64,000 nt of DNA. It comes from Euprymna scolopes. Lineage: Eukaryota. The notes beneath the pieces were generated by a model. That model had not been told where the DNA came from. It did no database searches and saw nothing but the letters and a program-made list of their open reading frames with translations. A program made the position numbers and the translations under genes. Each line of letters starts with the position of its first letter. The stretch's first letter is position 1. This document shows positions 14,001 to 26,708 of this stretch, one piece after another. The stretch lies in NCBI GenBank assembly GCA_053919585.1, contig CM132788.1; one strand, 5' to 3'.

Positions 14001-16384
14001 AAGACCATGCTTTAAAGAAAAAGAGAAAAAGAAACTGACGTCAGCTATGGGCGAGTGCAGCAAGTCTGCGATAATTGACACGAAGTTTCTCGAATAGAAA
14101 GTTGAGGTATAAAAAAGAGTGATTTAATGGAAGCAACTAGACCTGCGATTAAACCAAGTTAGGCGAAAGACGCCGGGGGTAGATCAATCATATCTGAAGA
14201 AAACGTCATAATGAGAAAGTTGTTACTATGCAGTAGTATTTTAGTGAAGAATAGCAAATAAGATATTTTTAAATTTTAGTTTTTAAGACCTAACTTGATG
14301 AAAGTTGGATGAAAAATAAGAATGGAATAGAGTAGATATCGTAGTATTCTTACCGGTAATGATGGAATTATTTTCTCCAAAGTCTTCCAAATTCTTTTGG
14401 AATAGGAACTTATATCAGGAGCTCCCTTTTCTTTAAGAAGCCTCGCTTTCATTTTTCTTCGGCAAAGTACAAATGCCTAAAATTTAAATAGGCGAAAAAT
14501 TAAAAGGATTATATTTTGGGCTTGAATTCAAAAATAAATAGCATAACCAGATTTAGATGTAGCTAATGATATGTTTACTATATTGAATATTTTGATTGAT
14601 CAACAGGAACACATTATATAAAAAGAAATGACTTGTAATTAAAACATAGATAAACATAAGAAATTGCAATTGTTTGGTAGAATTTCGAAGTTTTTCTTGT
14701 TTGTTTTTACATATTTATTACTTTGTAAACTAAATCATTTATTTGTAAGTATTTCTTCTGTTAAACATCGTGTTCCTATGCATCTTGTTTCTTTCCACAA
14801 TGTTAAATTGAAACGCGTGTCAAAAATCCGCATTTTTTAAACATGCACAAACAAGTTTCCCATTTAAATCGGTAGAAAAAATATATTATGTAAATCATTA
14901 GACCATATAACTATTACATCCGGCAGATAATTACATCATTTGGGAAATCTTGGATTTTTAGTCTCTCCTCCATAAANNNNNNNNNNNNNNNNNNNNNNNN
15001 NNNNNNNNNNNNNNNNNNNNNNNNNNNNNNNNNNNNNNNNNNNNNNNNNNNNNNNNNNNNNNNNNNNNNNNNNNNNNNNNNNNNNNNNNNNNNNNNNNNN
15101 NNNNNNNNNNNNNNNNNNNNNNNNNNNNNNNNNNNNNNNNNNNNNNNNNNNNNNNNNNNNNNNNNNNNNNNNNNNNNNNNNNNNNNNNNNNNNNNNNNNN
15201 NNNATAAACATTGGAGAATTTAATTACAAAGAAGTGTATCATCCGTTCTATAAGTTAGGTAGAGAAGAAAATGAAGTAAAAAATGTTATTTTTTCGCATT
15301 TCAAATATCTATTATATTTCTAAGGAGATCAAACTGTTAGTGATTGTACGACACGTGCTACTGTAACGAAAGTGAGTAAAGTTGGTGCTCGTGTCGAGGT
15401 GAACTCTCTCCAAGAGTATGACATTTTAGGAAAAAACAATAGAAAACATCCTAATGATAACAAACTTGGGGAAGAAAACCGAAGCAGTATGAAAAAGATC
15501 GTTGAACACCTGTAATAATTATCAAGCAAGAGAACAAAAGTATAATATAGCTAAAGTGTACCTGGATGTGCCTAACATTGTGATGGGCCGCTGGGAAATC
15601 AGGTGGCCCTTGGCAGACCAATGCTGTGGACGAAGAACGCGGCGCCACGTCACAAACTCAAAGAGTTTGGCTAGGCGTCAGGAGTGCTCTTTGTACCGTT
15701 CTCTTACTGGCGTCCTTCTCCTCCGCCTTAAAATCTGTGGACCAGTAAGTTTAGCTTAAAGTCGAGAACATCACCGACATAGTCTTCCTTAACATCAAAG
15801 CAAGCCTGATCACCTAGTATTCCTTCGGCTTCCGCTGGCGCTTTTGAAAAATGTATGCTCAGTTTTGGACCCCTATCGAGGTGGTGATTGAGGCTGATAG
15901 CAAGAGCAGTGAAGAGATATAATGTATCTACTACATACTCTAGTTTCCTAAATTGATTTTACAATAAAGTTCTAAAATAAAGCTATAGCGTTGTTATATT
16001 TTTAAACAGCACCTTTTCTCGTTCCATCAGATTTATATAATTTCTGATCGATCCATTTTTTGTGTTGTTTAAATAATAAAACAACATAAAAAATGTAATG
16101 TGTATGTGATTATGGAGATTTTTTTTAATCCTTATGTATCACCACCTGATAACGCTTGCAGACTACTTGAGCATAAGCGTCAATTACCTTGTCAGTTTGC
16201 GATAAAACTATTATTGGGAATTACGTGTTTAATGGTAAGAATTCGGTCTTTCACTTTGCCAATCGAGAAAGATTTTTCCATCCTTTCTTTGTTCAAACAC
16301 TATGTACTATTCAACACTTTATAGACATATATATATATATATATATATTAAAAAGGTTCACTTGTGTATGTATTTACTCTACAT

Positions 16385-17055
16385 CTAAAATTTCAAGTGT
16401 TTATACCCAATATTGGCGGAGGAGTTTGGTAGATTTTGCAATTGCCAACTCTGTCGACATAGACATCACGATAGCTATATCTCCGCCCAAAAACTGATTA
16501 AAAAGCTTGCTGCACGTCTACATAACCTTTATGCAAAATTTCAAATGTTTAGACTAAAATTGCCTGAATACTTCGCTAGAGAATGTTAACCTCTTTGTCA
16601 GCCTGGGTTTCGGTCTGATTAAACTGATTAAAAGCTTTCCTATATCTGAATACACTTCAGGTAAAATTTAAAATGTTTAGACCAACAATAGAGTAATTTG
16701 GTAGAGGCTTCAGAGGCCCAAATTGTTTAACTTTGACCCGAATTTTGACTCGTGACATTTAATGTTTTGGGCTCACATTATGTTAAAAAGTTTGATCCAT
16801 ATGCAAGAAACATACATAATGGTTCCTAACGTTTAGACCCCAAATTGGCGGAGGATTAAGGTAGAGTTTGCAAAGAGCAAATCGATGGACTTTGACCGTT
16901 TTAGAGCAAAATTTCTGGTCAAAAACAGATTGTAAAAATTTTACCAAAACTCATTTCTTTTATATCAAATCTCTAATCTGCAGACTGAAAATTGACAGGG
17001 TAGTTTTGAAGAAAAAGGGAGACACAGAGGCAATTTCACCTTTATAGATATATCG
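16385..17055. repeat. Diverged ~130-165-bp tandem units in a probable non-autonomous Helitron-like element
   Basis: aaaatttcaa.tgtttaga.c.aaa.ttggcggagga.tttggtaga-like motifs at ~16388, 16534, 16662, 16828 and 16967; ends in cacctttatagatatatcgat. Confidence 0.5.
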
Positions 17056-17402
17056 ATTGGACTTGAACAATACATTGTTTACTCACCCCATGCCCCCCCA
17101 AACATCAAAATACTGCATATCACAGATTATGTGTTTTGTAAAACAACTGTTCATCGATATTTCAGTTAATATAAGGTGCAAAAATGTGGTTGACAATATT
17201 TTCGTACGTGTGTGTAGGAGGTGGATTATCACTTAATTTTTCCAGATGTGTTAAATAATAGTTTTGTACTGTGTGAACTTTACGCTTAATAAATCAGTGT
17301 AATTTTAATATGTAATTTTTCGGGAAATGTTATTTAAGTGAAATGATTGGGGAAAGGTGTTAGCCTCGACTACACACACATGCGCATACACATATGCATA
17401 CG

Positions 17403-17463
<61 letters not shown>

Positions 17464-18480
17464 ATGCATACATAAAATAAATGATGACAGATAAAAGTTA
17501 CATAAGATTATTAAGGAATTAAAAGGAATAAAACAAATATATGTAGACCTAAGAATCTATGATTTAAATTATCTTTATCGAAAGAGCATGAAAAGAGAAG
17601 TACTATACAAATACCAAATTATAAAAACATAAACTGGTTTAAAACCANNNNNNNNNNNNNNNNNNNNNNNNNNNNNNNNNNNNNNNNNNNNNNNNNNNNN
17701 NNNNNNNNNNNNNNNNNNNNNNNNNNNNNNNNNNNNNNNNNNNNNNNNNNNNNNNNNNNNNNNNNNNNNNNNNNNNNNNNNNNNNNNNNNNNNNNNNNNN
17801 NNNNNNNNNGTGCGTGTGTTTGGGTGCGGCCGTGTTTGCGTATTAGTAGGAACTATATCAGACAAAAACCAAACAAAGATTACAATAGCAAAAAAAAAAA
17901 AAAATGAAAACGAAATATGGGAAGAGAAACATTGATATCCATATAATGAGAATAGGGAAAAATATGTCTGGCAGAAACAGACAAAGAATGTGTTTCTATA
18001 GTAATATATGTATTGCTCATCTTAAACGTATAGAGAAGTTACTTTCTTAATATGCTGGTTTCGTTTAAGACTATATGTTTATTACGTTTATTTTTTGGGG
18101 CGACAGGAAGGTAGATTAGAAAAAGATGGAGCTTGATAACAAAAGCAATGACGATCGAGATGATATATTTTACTTACATTCCTAAACTGTTTGGTACATC
18201 TCTTTTTTGCCGCCAATGTAAAAACGTTCTCTCGAGATTTCCGCGTCATTGGAAGTGTGGTAAAATAATCATAACGGACCTTCTTAGGACGACGTGACGG
18301 AATCTGAAATAGGAACGATTTTAACCTATCATTCAATTTAAAGAATTTTGCATATTTGATGAAGATAATCTCACGAAAATCTTATCATCTTTGCCCATTT
18401 ACACCGAAACGAAGTAGTTGAACTAAACAGAACCGGAACTTATAAATCACTATGAGTTTGCCATATAATTTTCCCCTTAC

Positions 18481-18960
18481 CTGAATTAAATGTAGATGTT
18501 GGCGTTTCCTTCTACAATCTCATAATTCTCGCTGTCTCTGTTTTATCCTTATTCCACCAACGAGGGTTCTAATAAAGCGTGGGGGATTACTGTTTCTGCG
18601 TAACAATATAGTATTTTCAGTTGTATATTTTTTGTCATTTATACATTTTTGGCATAGAAGTAGTATGTATTTACTTTCTTACATCAAATCTTTTCATGTA
18701 TTGTTTTAGCGACTTTCATTAAAGATTTAAGTAAATTATCTCAAAACTATTTCATATACACCGATAGTGAAGGCGATGTGTATCGCTCAGTGATGTAAAT
18801 TCAGATTTTCTATACTAAAAATCTGACGAATATTCAAGCCCAACCCGAATAATACTTCCTTTAAATAATTTTCTTAAAGATTATCACAAATCTTACTCAA
18901 CTATATCCCGAATCTAAGTAAACTTTTTCATTAAATTCAGTAATAATTTTTCTTGAATTG
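18481..18960 (-). pseudogene. Degenerate exon-like segment
   Basis: Strong donor CAG|GTAAG at ~18480; coding-like fragments (QEKLLLNLMKKF, SLRKLFKGSIIRVGLEYSSDF) interrupted by many stops. Confidence 0.3.
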
Positions 18961-19558
18961 TAAAAAGAAAACAATGAGACGTTTCTAAAAGTAATTTTTA
19001 TCTTTGCTTTAATAACAGCAGATGGTTTATCAGACAAAAAGTTGAAATAAAAATGTTCTTCAATATTTTCAAAATGTTATATAAATTGCCGCTAGAAAAA
19101 CTAACTTGAAACAAAATTAAATCTAACAAATATTTCGCATCCATGCTAAGACCTGGAATCGTGAGCTATTAACATGTTGAGATTTTAAAATGTTGTATCA
19201 TGAAATATTTTAAGTATACATTTCTATTTAAAGCCAGGATTTTTTTTTTACCAAACATAGTAGTAATTATAGATTTAAGNNNNNNNNNNNNNNNNNNNNN
19301 NNNNNNNNNNNNNNNNNNNNNNNNNNNNNNNNNNNNNNNNNNNNNNNNNNNNNNNNNNNNNNNNNNNNNNNNNNNNNNNNNNNNNNNNNNNNNNNNNNNN
19401 NNNNNNNNNNNNNNNNNTATCGATGTTCATATTAAAACCCCCTTTTCCATATATTTAAAAACAAAATACAACTTCATTATATATATGTGTTTAATCCTGG
19501 AATTGCATTCATCTGCAAATAATCCTGCAATTTACGTATTCTTCTAACATTAATTATA

Positions 19559-19632
<74 letters not shown>

Positions 19633-19898
19633 TTATTCCTTATTGGAATTTTTTATTTTTGAGATGAGCATTGTATGTTAATTTTATTTTATTTCGGACT
19701 ATTAGTCTCATCTTATCTTTTTATTAGTGCCCAACGTTTCGGCCAACTTCCTCTGGCCTTCGTCAGGTGGTAAATAAAATAAAAAATTCCAATAAGGAAT
19801 AATATATATACCAATCGGTACGGACCCGATTATGGAATATCAGATAATAAATAAATGTGGATTTATAAGATCAAAGAATCCAACCTTGATCGCCCTTC

Positions 19899-19990
19899 GG
19901 GGCCCGTGGCGCAGTTGATAGAGACGTTGAATCTCTACGGTTCCAGATACACATATTCTGAAAATAGCGGTTTCAATCCCACCCAAAGCG
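19899..19990 (+). promoter_or_regulatory. tRNA(Arg)-like Pol III internal promoter (SINE-type head)
   Basis: GGGCCCGTGGCGCAGTTGATA start, A box at 19907-19917, CTACGG anticodon-loop-like sequence and B-box-like GGTTTCAATCCC at 19969-19980; the cloverleaf is not intact. Confidence 0.6.
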
Positions 19991-20098
19991 TGCCAGAGGT
20001 AATTGGTAAAAAATGTGGTGAGACGACAACAACTACGGATGGCAGTGATGACTGAGAATGCAGTTAGGAGATTCGAAGTTCCTATCCGTCGCGGTTAC

Positions 20099-20138
20099 CA
20101 CCTGACGAAGGTCAGAGGAAGTTGGCCGAAACGTTGTG
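20099..20138 (+). ncRNA. Minimal type I hammerhead ribozyme (PLE-type); an inverted copy lies at ~19730-19769 on the minus strand
   Basis: CAC-CTGACGA-A-GGTCA(GAGGAAGT)TGGCC-GAA-ACGT (palindromic stem III)-T-GTG. Confidence 0.65.
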
Positions 20139-20335
20139 CACCAATAAAAAGATAAGATGAGACTAATAGTCCGAAATAAAATAAAATAAAAATTAATTAT
20201 ACTTGTTCCCTATTAGTTTTTGTTTTCCTATGAGAAGATCATCTGTAGTTAATTATTACGTATAATTATATTCATGTTGCTATTCTACCTGATTTACACT
20301 TACTATATATACTTATTTATATTTATACATATTTA

Positions 20336-20380
<45 letters not shown>

Positions 20381-20527
20381 GAGATTAGAGCAATAGTCTA
20401 AAGAGCTGGGTGTATTTTAATGTAACAGTGAAATTACTAGTTTAATTAAAATACAGGAAATAGAAAGTGCACGTTGTAATTTAGATATATAATAAGCTCG
20501 ATAGTTAAATGTCCTAGAGCTAATTCA

Positions 20528-20711
20528 ATATTAAGTAATGTGATTGATAATTTAAAATTTAAAAATCAAATTATAATTAAATTAAACATCCGTTTCATAC
20601 GAAGTAACAGCAACAAAATCAAATTGATTTTGTTATTGTTCCTTCTTATGAAACGGATTTTTAATTCAATTATAATTTGATTTTTAAATTTTAAATTATC
20701 AATCACATTAC

Positions 20712-20718
<7 letters not shown>
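20528..20718. repeat. Near-perfect ~190-bp palindrome (foldback)
   Basis: Left arm atattaagtaatgtgattgataatttaaaatttaaaaatcaaattataatt... is the reverse complement of the right arm; centre aaaatcaaattgatttt. Confidence 0.9.
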
Positions 20719-20745
<27 letters not shown>

Positions 20746-21690
20746 ATTCAAACATTTGTCCTACTTAACTTCGCTAACAATTTATGTTCTAAATATGAAA
20801 CTTAATAATTAGGATATTCTAATTCATGCGGACATCTTATTTTGGTTTTAGCTGTCGAAAATTTCTGCAACGTGTGAAAATTAAAAAAAAAGACATAGAA
20901 TTCTCTAACTGAATGTTGAATCAAACAAAGAATCGCAACTTAATTAAGTCCCAATCCTTCCCAGTAATCCAACCTACTTCACATGAAATATCGTACTTCC
21001 TGTAAATCAGATTATGAATTAAAATATGGTATGGATTATACGGTGTGCATGAAAGGAAGATCCGCTCATAAAATCCGATTATTTACGTGACTCCTTACCA
21101 CAGCAAAGCGGTAAAAAATATGTTTTATATGTTATTTATAGAATATTATCCCATGTTTTATCGAAATATTTTCGATGATTTTCATCTTGAAAACAATCTA
21201 AAATTTTGGAGAGAAACCTTCGCTTCCTTAAGAACATAAAAAATAGTGTATAATGTATTTTGATCAATCTCAAGGCAAATCTGATAAAATTGAGCTTTTT
21301 AATGGGGTGCTGTGCCTATATTATACTTCTAAAATCTCCCTGAAATACTTTAAAACACTTATATTAAGAGAACAATTATTCATCCATACAAGCAGCTCTT
21401 TTAAAATATTTCACAAATATGTGTTCACACTTTTAATCTACTTTGCATAAAACTAAATTCAAATAAATATAGACAATAAATATAGACGGCAATACGGGCA
21501 TTTATATCTAGCCCTTTATTACAAAATTCATAAGAATGGGTATTTATTTTACATATATACCCTCTAATACCAATACCCTTGCTTAACTTTAGTAAATATT
21601 ATTGACATACATCATGTTGTAAAAGAGAGTGGAGACTTGATTAAAAGTCACGTTAGTTCATTTGAAACGCTGATATTATCAGTTACTTAC

Positions 21691-21816
21691 AGGCGTTTGG
21701 AGTTGGTCTCTGCTTGGTAGAAGTCTGGCAGGTTCTTGTCGATATTCTCGGTTATTACAAATTCCGGAATAATGATCATATATGGACATAACTGACATTG
21801 GATCACCATAAGGATC
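21691..21816 (-). CDS. Open internal exon (126 bp, phase 0-0), DPYGDPMSVM...RDQLQTP
   Basis: Polypyrimidine acceptor CATTTTTCTCCCTGTTTGCAG and donor GTAAGT; no stops; in phase with exon 22242-22321. Confidence 0.6.
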
Positions 21817-22241
21817 CTGCAAACAGGGAGAAAAATGTTCAGTGCAATTCATTCGATTCTTAAATTCAGATTTTTGTTGGGGAGAATCTTGAAAAATAAA
21901 TATCTTTACTCCTACACAAGCCACAATTGTAAATTTAATGAAAATATGAAGATATATATTTTCTAGCAAAACGCTACTATTGAACCTTTGGCACTAAACA
22001 ACACATTATAAGAGGCAGTTATTTGTCTTATGTATTTATATTGGCATATTGATTGTCAACGATACACCAACAACGTTGATGTATGAATTCTGCCAATTTG
22101 AAAGAGAAACGGACACATTTAATTGCTCTTCTAAAATGAATTGATCAAATATTTATGGGAAAGTTTGATTGCAGTAAGTAGGCAATGACATTTTCATATT
22201 TATCAAATAAGGATTTTATCAAGACTAAGAAATATGCTTAC

Positions 22242-22321
22242 CATTAAATATTTCAAAAATGCATCACTCCTGCAGGGCATTCTTTCAGTATTGCCCAATC
22301 CCGCAGATTGATGAAACTTAT
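22242..22321 (-). CDS. Open internal exon (80 bp, phase 1-0), (D)KFHQSAGLGNTERMPCRSDAFLKYLM
   Basis: Acceptor CCTTTTCAG and donor G|GTAAGC; phase-compatible with both neighbouring exons. Confidence 0.6.
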
Positions 22322-22489
22322 CTGAAAAGGAAGAAAAAATTACTTAAATCTGAACAAATTTTTTCATGAAAAATGCTTAACAAATTCTCTGACACTTCTC
22401 AATTACAGTAAAAGTTACAATTGAATAATCGAGATATAGTTATCAAAAATATTGGAATGTTGTTTTAATATATTAACGTTTTCAGGGAT

Positions 22490-24570
22490 TTTTATTTCAC
22501 CCCAAACGAGGCACATTGCCACATTGAAGTAGGGGCTGACTATCAGGGGCCTAAGTTGCAGGGGGACTAAGTAGGGAGTTTAGCAGCAAGATGTATGTTC
22601 ACATTACACTTGAACTTCTGCATGTAAGTACAGTTGTGGAAGTAGGAAACTGGAAGAGAATTCCAAAGTCCTGCACTTCTGGAGAAGAAGCTATTAGAGT
22701 AGAAGGTTTTCTTACATCTAAGGATCTCGACTGCGTAGGGGTGAGACTTCGCTGCTTGTCGGGTTTGTCTGAGGTATTTTCGTCGAAGGGGTACAAGAGT
22801 TTGTAGTTCGTCGACGCATCCACCATTGAAATACTTGTAAAACAGGCAAAATGATGCGACATTTCGTCGATGGGACAGGGACCGAAGCTTAGGGGACAGT
22901 TCAGAACCTATTTAGTTAAAAGCCAGCAGTATCCCATACATGGGCTAATGTTGGCTTTGTAGAGGTACCGGATACATTCAGACGTAAATAACTTTATACC
23001 ATGGTATAGAGAGCCGTTAACCTTTTAGCAACCTTGGCAACGATCTCGAAGTATTTATTCCAACTCAGGTTTCCTGCGAAGGTTAAGACAAGGAGCTCGA
23101 ACGAAGAGCTTTCAGGTAAACTATCTCCAGCCATAGCTATTAGTGGTTGGTGAGGTTTTATGCAAATATTAAAGGTAAGGAGATTTGTTTTAGCAGTATT
23201 AGACGTTATCGTTCATTTTTGACCACACTCCACTACTGACTGAAGGTCTTTCCTTAGGTGTTCAGCGATTACCCTTTATATCGTCTTATTTGTTTTCCCC
23301 ATACGTCTGCTATAAAGCGTGGTGTCGTCTGCAAATATACCCATCTCAGAGACAATTTTATCAGGAAAGTAATTTATGAATATCAGAAATAAAAAAGGTC
23401 CAAATATCGATCTCTGAGGTAAACCCTCATTTATATTAACTTTTTTGGACGTACGCTCATTAAGGACAACCTTGATTCTTCTTACATTTAAGAAGGATCT
23501 TATTATGCTAAGCATTTATCCAGTAATACCATAGACTTTTATTTTCATCAGCAAATCATCGTTCCATACCCTATCAAAAGCCTAAGATATATCTTGGGTT
23601 ACAGCACCTCGCTCTCCTGCCTTATCCAGTGTTTGGTAGAATCATTCAGAGGTTACCTTTAGAATATCTGCAGTAGAACCAGCTTGCCTAAATTCATATT
23701 TGTGGTCGGACAGGAGTTAAGCAGTTGTAAGTTGGTGGACTAGAGATTGATTAATTAAGAACTCAAATATTTGGGCGATAAGAAGGGGAAGCTGAGGGAT
23801 AATTTAATGGGTCAGTTCTTTAGCCAGACGTTTGGTAAACTGGTACCACAGAAGCAGTTTTTAAGCAACAAGGAAACCAAGATTCGTTAAGTCATTTAAT
23901 AACGAGTTTAGAAAGAAATTGAGCAATCTCAGTGGGACATTTTTAATAGCACAGACGGCATGAGATTCGGTCCACATACTTTTGAGCTGCCTAGGTTTTT
24001 TTATAATGTAATGTACTTTAGAAGGCGTAATTTTATGATCATCTAGCGCTGTTTCTGTTCGAAGAGGAAAATCAGGGAGGGAATGGCTTACTTGGTCCAA
24101 ATAGAGGTTGCTGCAAACTGACGGACACGGATATTAGCTTTTTAAGTTGCTGTGCCAGCAACCACTTGATTGTTTGTTAGTTGGGCCCGTGTTGATTGTC
24201 CATTATTTACTACACTATTGTAGTTTTTCCGAAATCATGTGTTACTAATTTCTAACATTAAATGCGTTTCCTGGTGGTTTCAGAATATTCACTCTTATGT
24301 GTTGCCATTTCTATCTTACAATTATTTCTAGCTTTGATACACTTTTGTCTGTTTGTACAGGACTAATGCCGGATAAATCTACGATATGCATGTTTCCTCT
24401 GAGAAATAGCAGCTGCGCATGTAAAAGTAAACACTTGCGGAGAGTGGAGTTTGCTATAGAACTTCCGTGTAGAAACTTATGATTCAATGTGTTTCCTGGT
24501 GGTTTCAGTAGTTTCACTCTTATCTGTTGCTACTTCTGTCTTACAATTATTTCTCGCTTCTATATACTCT
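22490..24570 (-). mobile_element. CR1/L2-type LINE remnant, same family as 8845-11035
   Basis: ORF fragment ...EGLPQRSIFGPFLFLIFINYFPDKIVSEMGIFADDTTLY (RT FADD motif); its 3' end is similar to 8880-9000. Confidence 0.92.
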
Positions 24571-25179
24571 ATTGGTTTAGGTAGGAATAAATATATTTGA
24601 TTAGTAATGTTACTTGGTGAGATGTTTGAATAAGAGAGCCTTCTGAAATTCAGTGATGGGTTGAAAGAGCAACTTACAGAATGTAAAACCAGAGACTTTT
24701 AACGTGTCTATAAGTGGAGTAAGGGAATGAAACTAGAGTTGAAGTAAAATTATCAGAACATATTTATTATATACAAAGATTTCACGTTTCTTAAAAGTTT
24801 AAGTTTATAATGGTTATGTTCTTATTATTCGGTATTTTATGCCAGAGTTAGAGAGTGAATGTAGTCTTACAGTGACTACCTCTGCATGAAACCTATGTTA
24901 AAATGCCTAGNNNNNNNNNNNNNNNNNNNNNNNNNNNNNNNNNNNNNNNNNNNNNNNNNNNNNNNNNNNNNNNNNNNNNNNNNNNNNNNNNNNNNNNNNN
25001 NNNNNNNNNNNNNNNNNNNNNNNNNNNNNNNNNNNNNNCCCAAAGCAGAAGACTGTCAACGAAGAAAAAAGGTCAAATACCCTAATGTTTCGATGTGATG
25101 TTTTTTAATATAATAAAGTAGTTTTGCCCAAAGTTCCATTTTATTCGGACAAAACACTAAGAAACATGGCCTAATTAGT

Positions 25180-25210
25180 GGTGGGGTCCGTTGCTTTTGT
25201 TCACCCTGTA
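25180..25210 (-). mobile_element. Tc1/mariner-type terminal inverted repeat (orphan end)
   Basis: Minus strand TA|CAGGGTGAACAAAAGCAACGGACCCC next to a TA tract. Confidence 0.45.
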
Positions 25211-25229
25211 TATATATATACATATATCC

Positions 25230-25290
<61 letters not shown>

Positions 25291-26179
25291 TTGATCAAAC
25301 TTAATGCAAATCTGATATATATATTTATTTCAGAAAGTTTCGATAAGAGTAGTCATCGGTACAATCAGTTCAAATATGATAATAGGGGCCGTTTTATATT
25401 ATCTATATAATGCTCTTTTCAGACGATACCTATCTGGAATTGGAAACATGCACATTCATTACACATGTCCCTTTTTAAATAATCTTAACAATAAAAAAGC
25501 AAACACTTTTTTAACATTCTGTTGCATATTTTAGACGCTAAAGGAAACCAAAGAAAATAAAGCGACAACAAAAAGGAGAACATTGCATATATTGTTATAT
25601 GTTAATCTGATATATTATTAAACTATTTATCGCATCATCTAAAAATGTAGTTCTGTAAAGCTGTTAAGTTTAAATCTGTTATTTTTCTTCGGTCTCAAAC
25701 GGAATTGTTTTACTGTAACTTAATATTTTACTAGTCTAATTGGCATAGTTTTGTGAAATCCTGGAGGCTAATTCGCACTGCTATGTTGTTCGTATCTTAT
25801 TTTACTTTCATCTACTTCTATATAGAATACGTGTGAGTATCTTCTATTGCCCTACATATTTAATATGAGTTAATTAACCTGAAAAAAACAATGACATTTA
25901 AATAATTATTATATTCATCGGAATCATTTTAAATGAAATGATTAGCTTTACAAAATATCTAACTAGTTTATGGGATAAAGCTTTGTAAATGTCATAACGC
26001 TAATTTAAATTGGAAATATTTATGTATTTATTATTTTTTATTCAAATATTTTCTTATTATCAAAAATTATTATTAGATGGAGATAATTTAGACCAGAGTA
26101 AAAAAAAATAATATAAGAACACAGCAAAAGGCGATACATGTTTTACCCCCTTTATCATGTGTTGAAATAAAATAGTTAC

Positions 26180-26327
26180 CTTTATTAATAGAATAGTTGG
26201 TATCGATAGAAGATCCTGGTTTAGGGTGGTTTTGGCTGCTTTGCACTTCATCATTGGGAAAGCCATGTCCCTGGCTTGGATACTGCTGCACTTTTGGTTC
26301 ATTATCGCTTGAAATTGTTTCAGGGGT
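26180..26327 (-). CDS. Open internal exon (148 bp, phase 0-1), TPETISSDNEPKVQQYPSQGHG...NYSINK
   Basis: Acceptor TTTCATTTCTTAG and donor AAG|GTAACT; its last G completes the Asp codon with exon 22242-22321. Confidence 0.6.
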
Positions 26328-26708
26328 CTAAGAAATGAAACAATATCCAATTCTTATTGAAACAGATTAAAATGTTTCCGGGCGTTTTCCGGTTGTAAAG
26401 TGCGATTGATTATGGTATTTTAATTAATACATACTTTGTACTATTATAATGTTTTATAAAATAAATGTGATAATATTGAGTCCGAAATGACTATATTTGC
26501 TAAGGATACAACACTCTTTATAGTTATGAAGGATCAACGGATGGGCATAAATGTAGAACAATTAATGGATCGTGATAAAATAAAAATTGTAGCGCAAGAG
26601 CATGGTTAGATTTTATACTAGTTAGGCTAAGCTTAGCAATACTTCCCCCATTAAAAAAGACACTCCTTTTACAACATATATATATATACATGACAAATAA
26701 CTGCATAC

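Larger units (their letters stand above)
19623..20196 (+). mobile_element. Non-autonomous Penelope-like element with tRNA-derived head, minimal hammerhead and nested inverted repeats
   Basis: 19678-19773 is a near-perfect inverted copy of 20095-20196, and 19623-19658 is an inverted copy of ~19776-19810. Contains CTGACGA-A-GG(T/C)CA-loop-TGGCC-GAAACGTT, the terminal motif typical of Penelope-like elements. Confidence 0.75.

Noticed and set aside
16385-17055. Repeat-spacer pattern resembling a CRISPR array
   Set aside because: Eukaryotic context, highly diverged repeats with ~100-bp intervals, and no cas genes.
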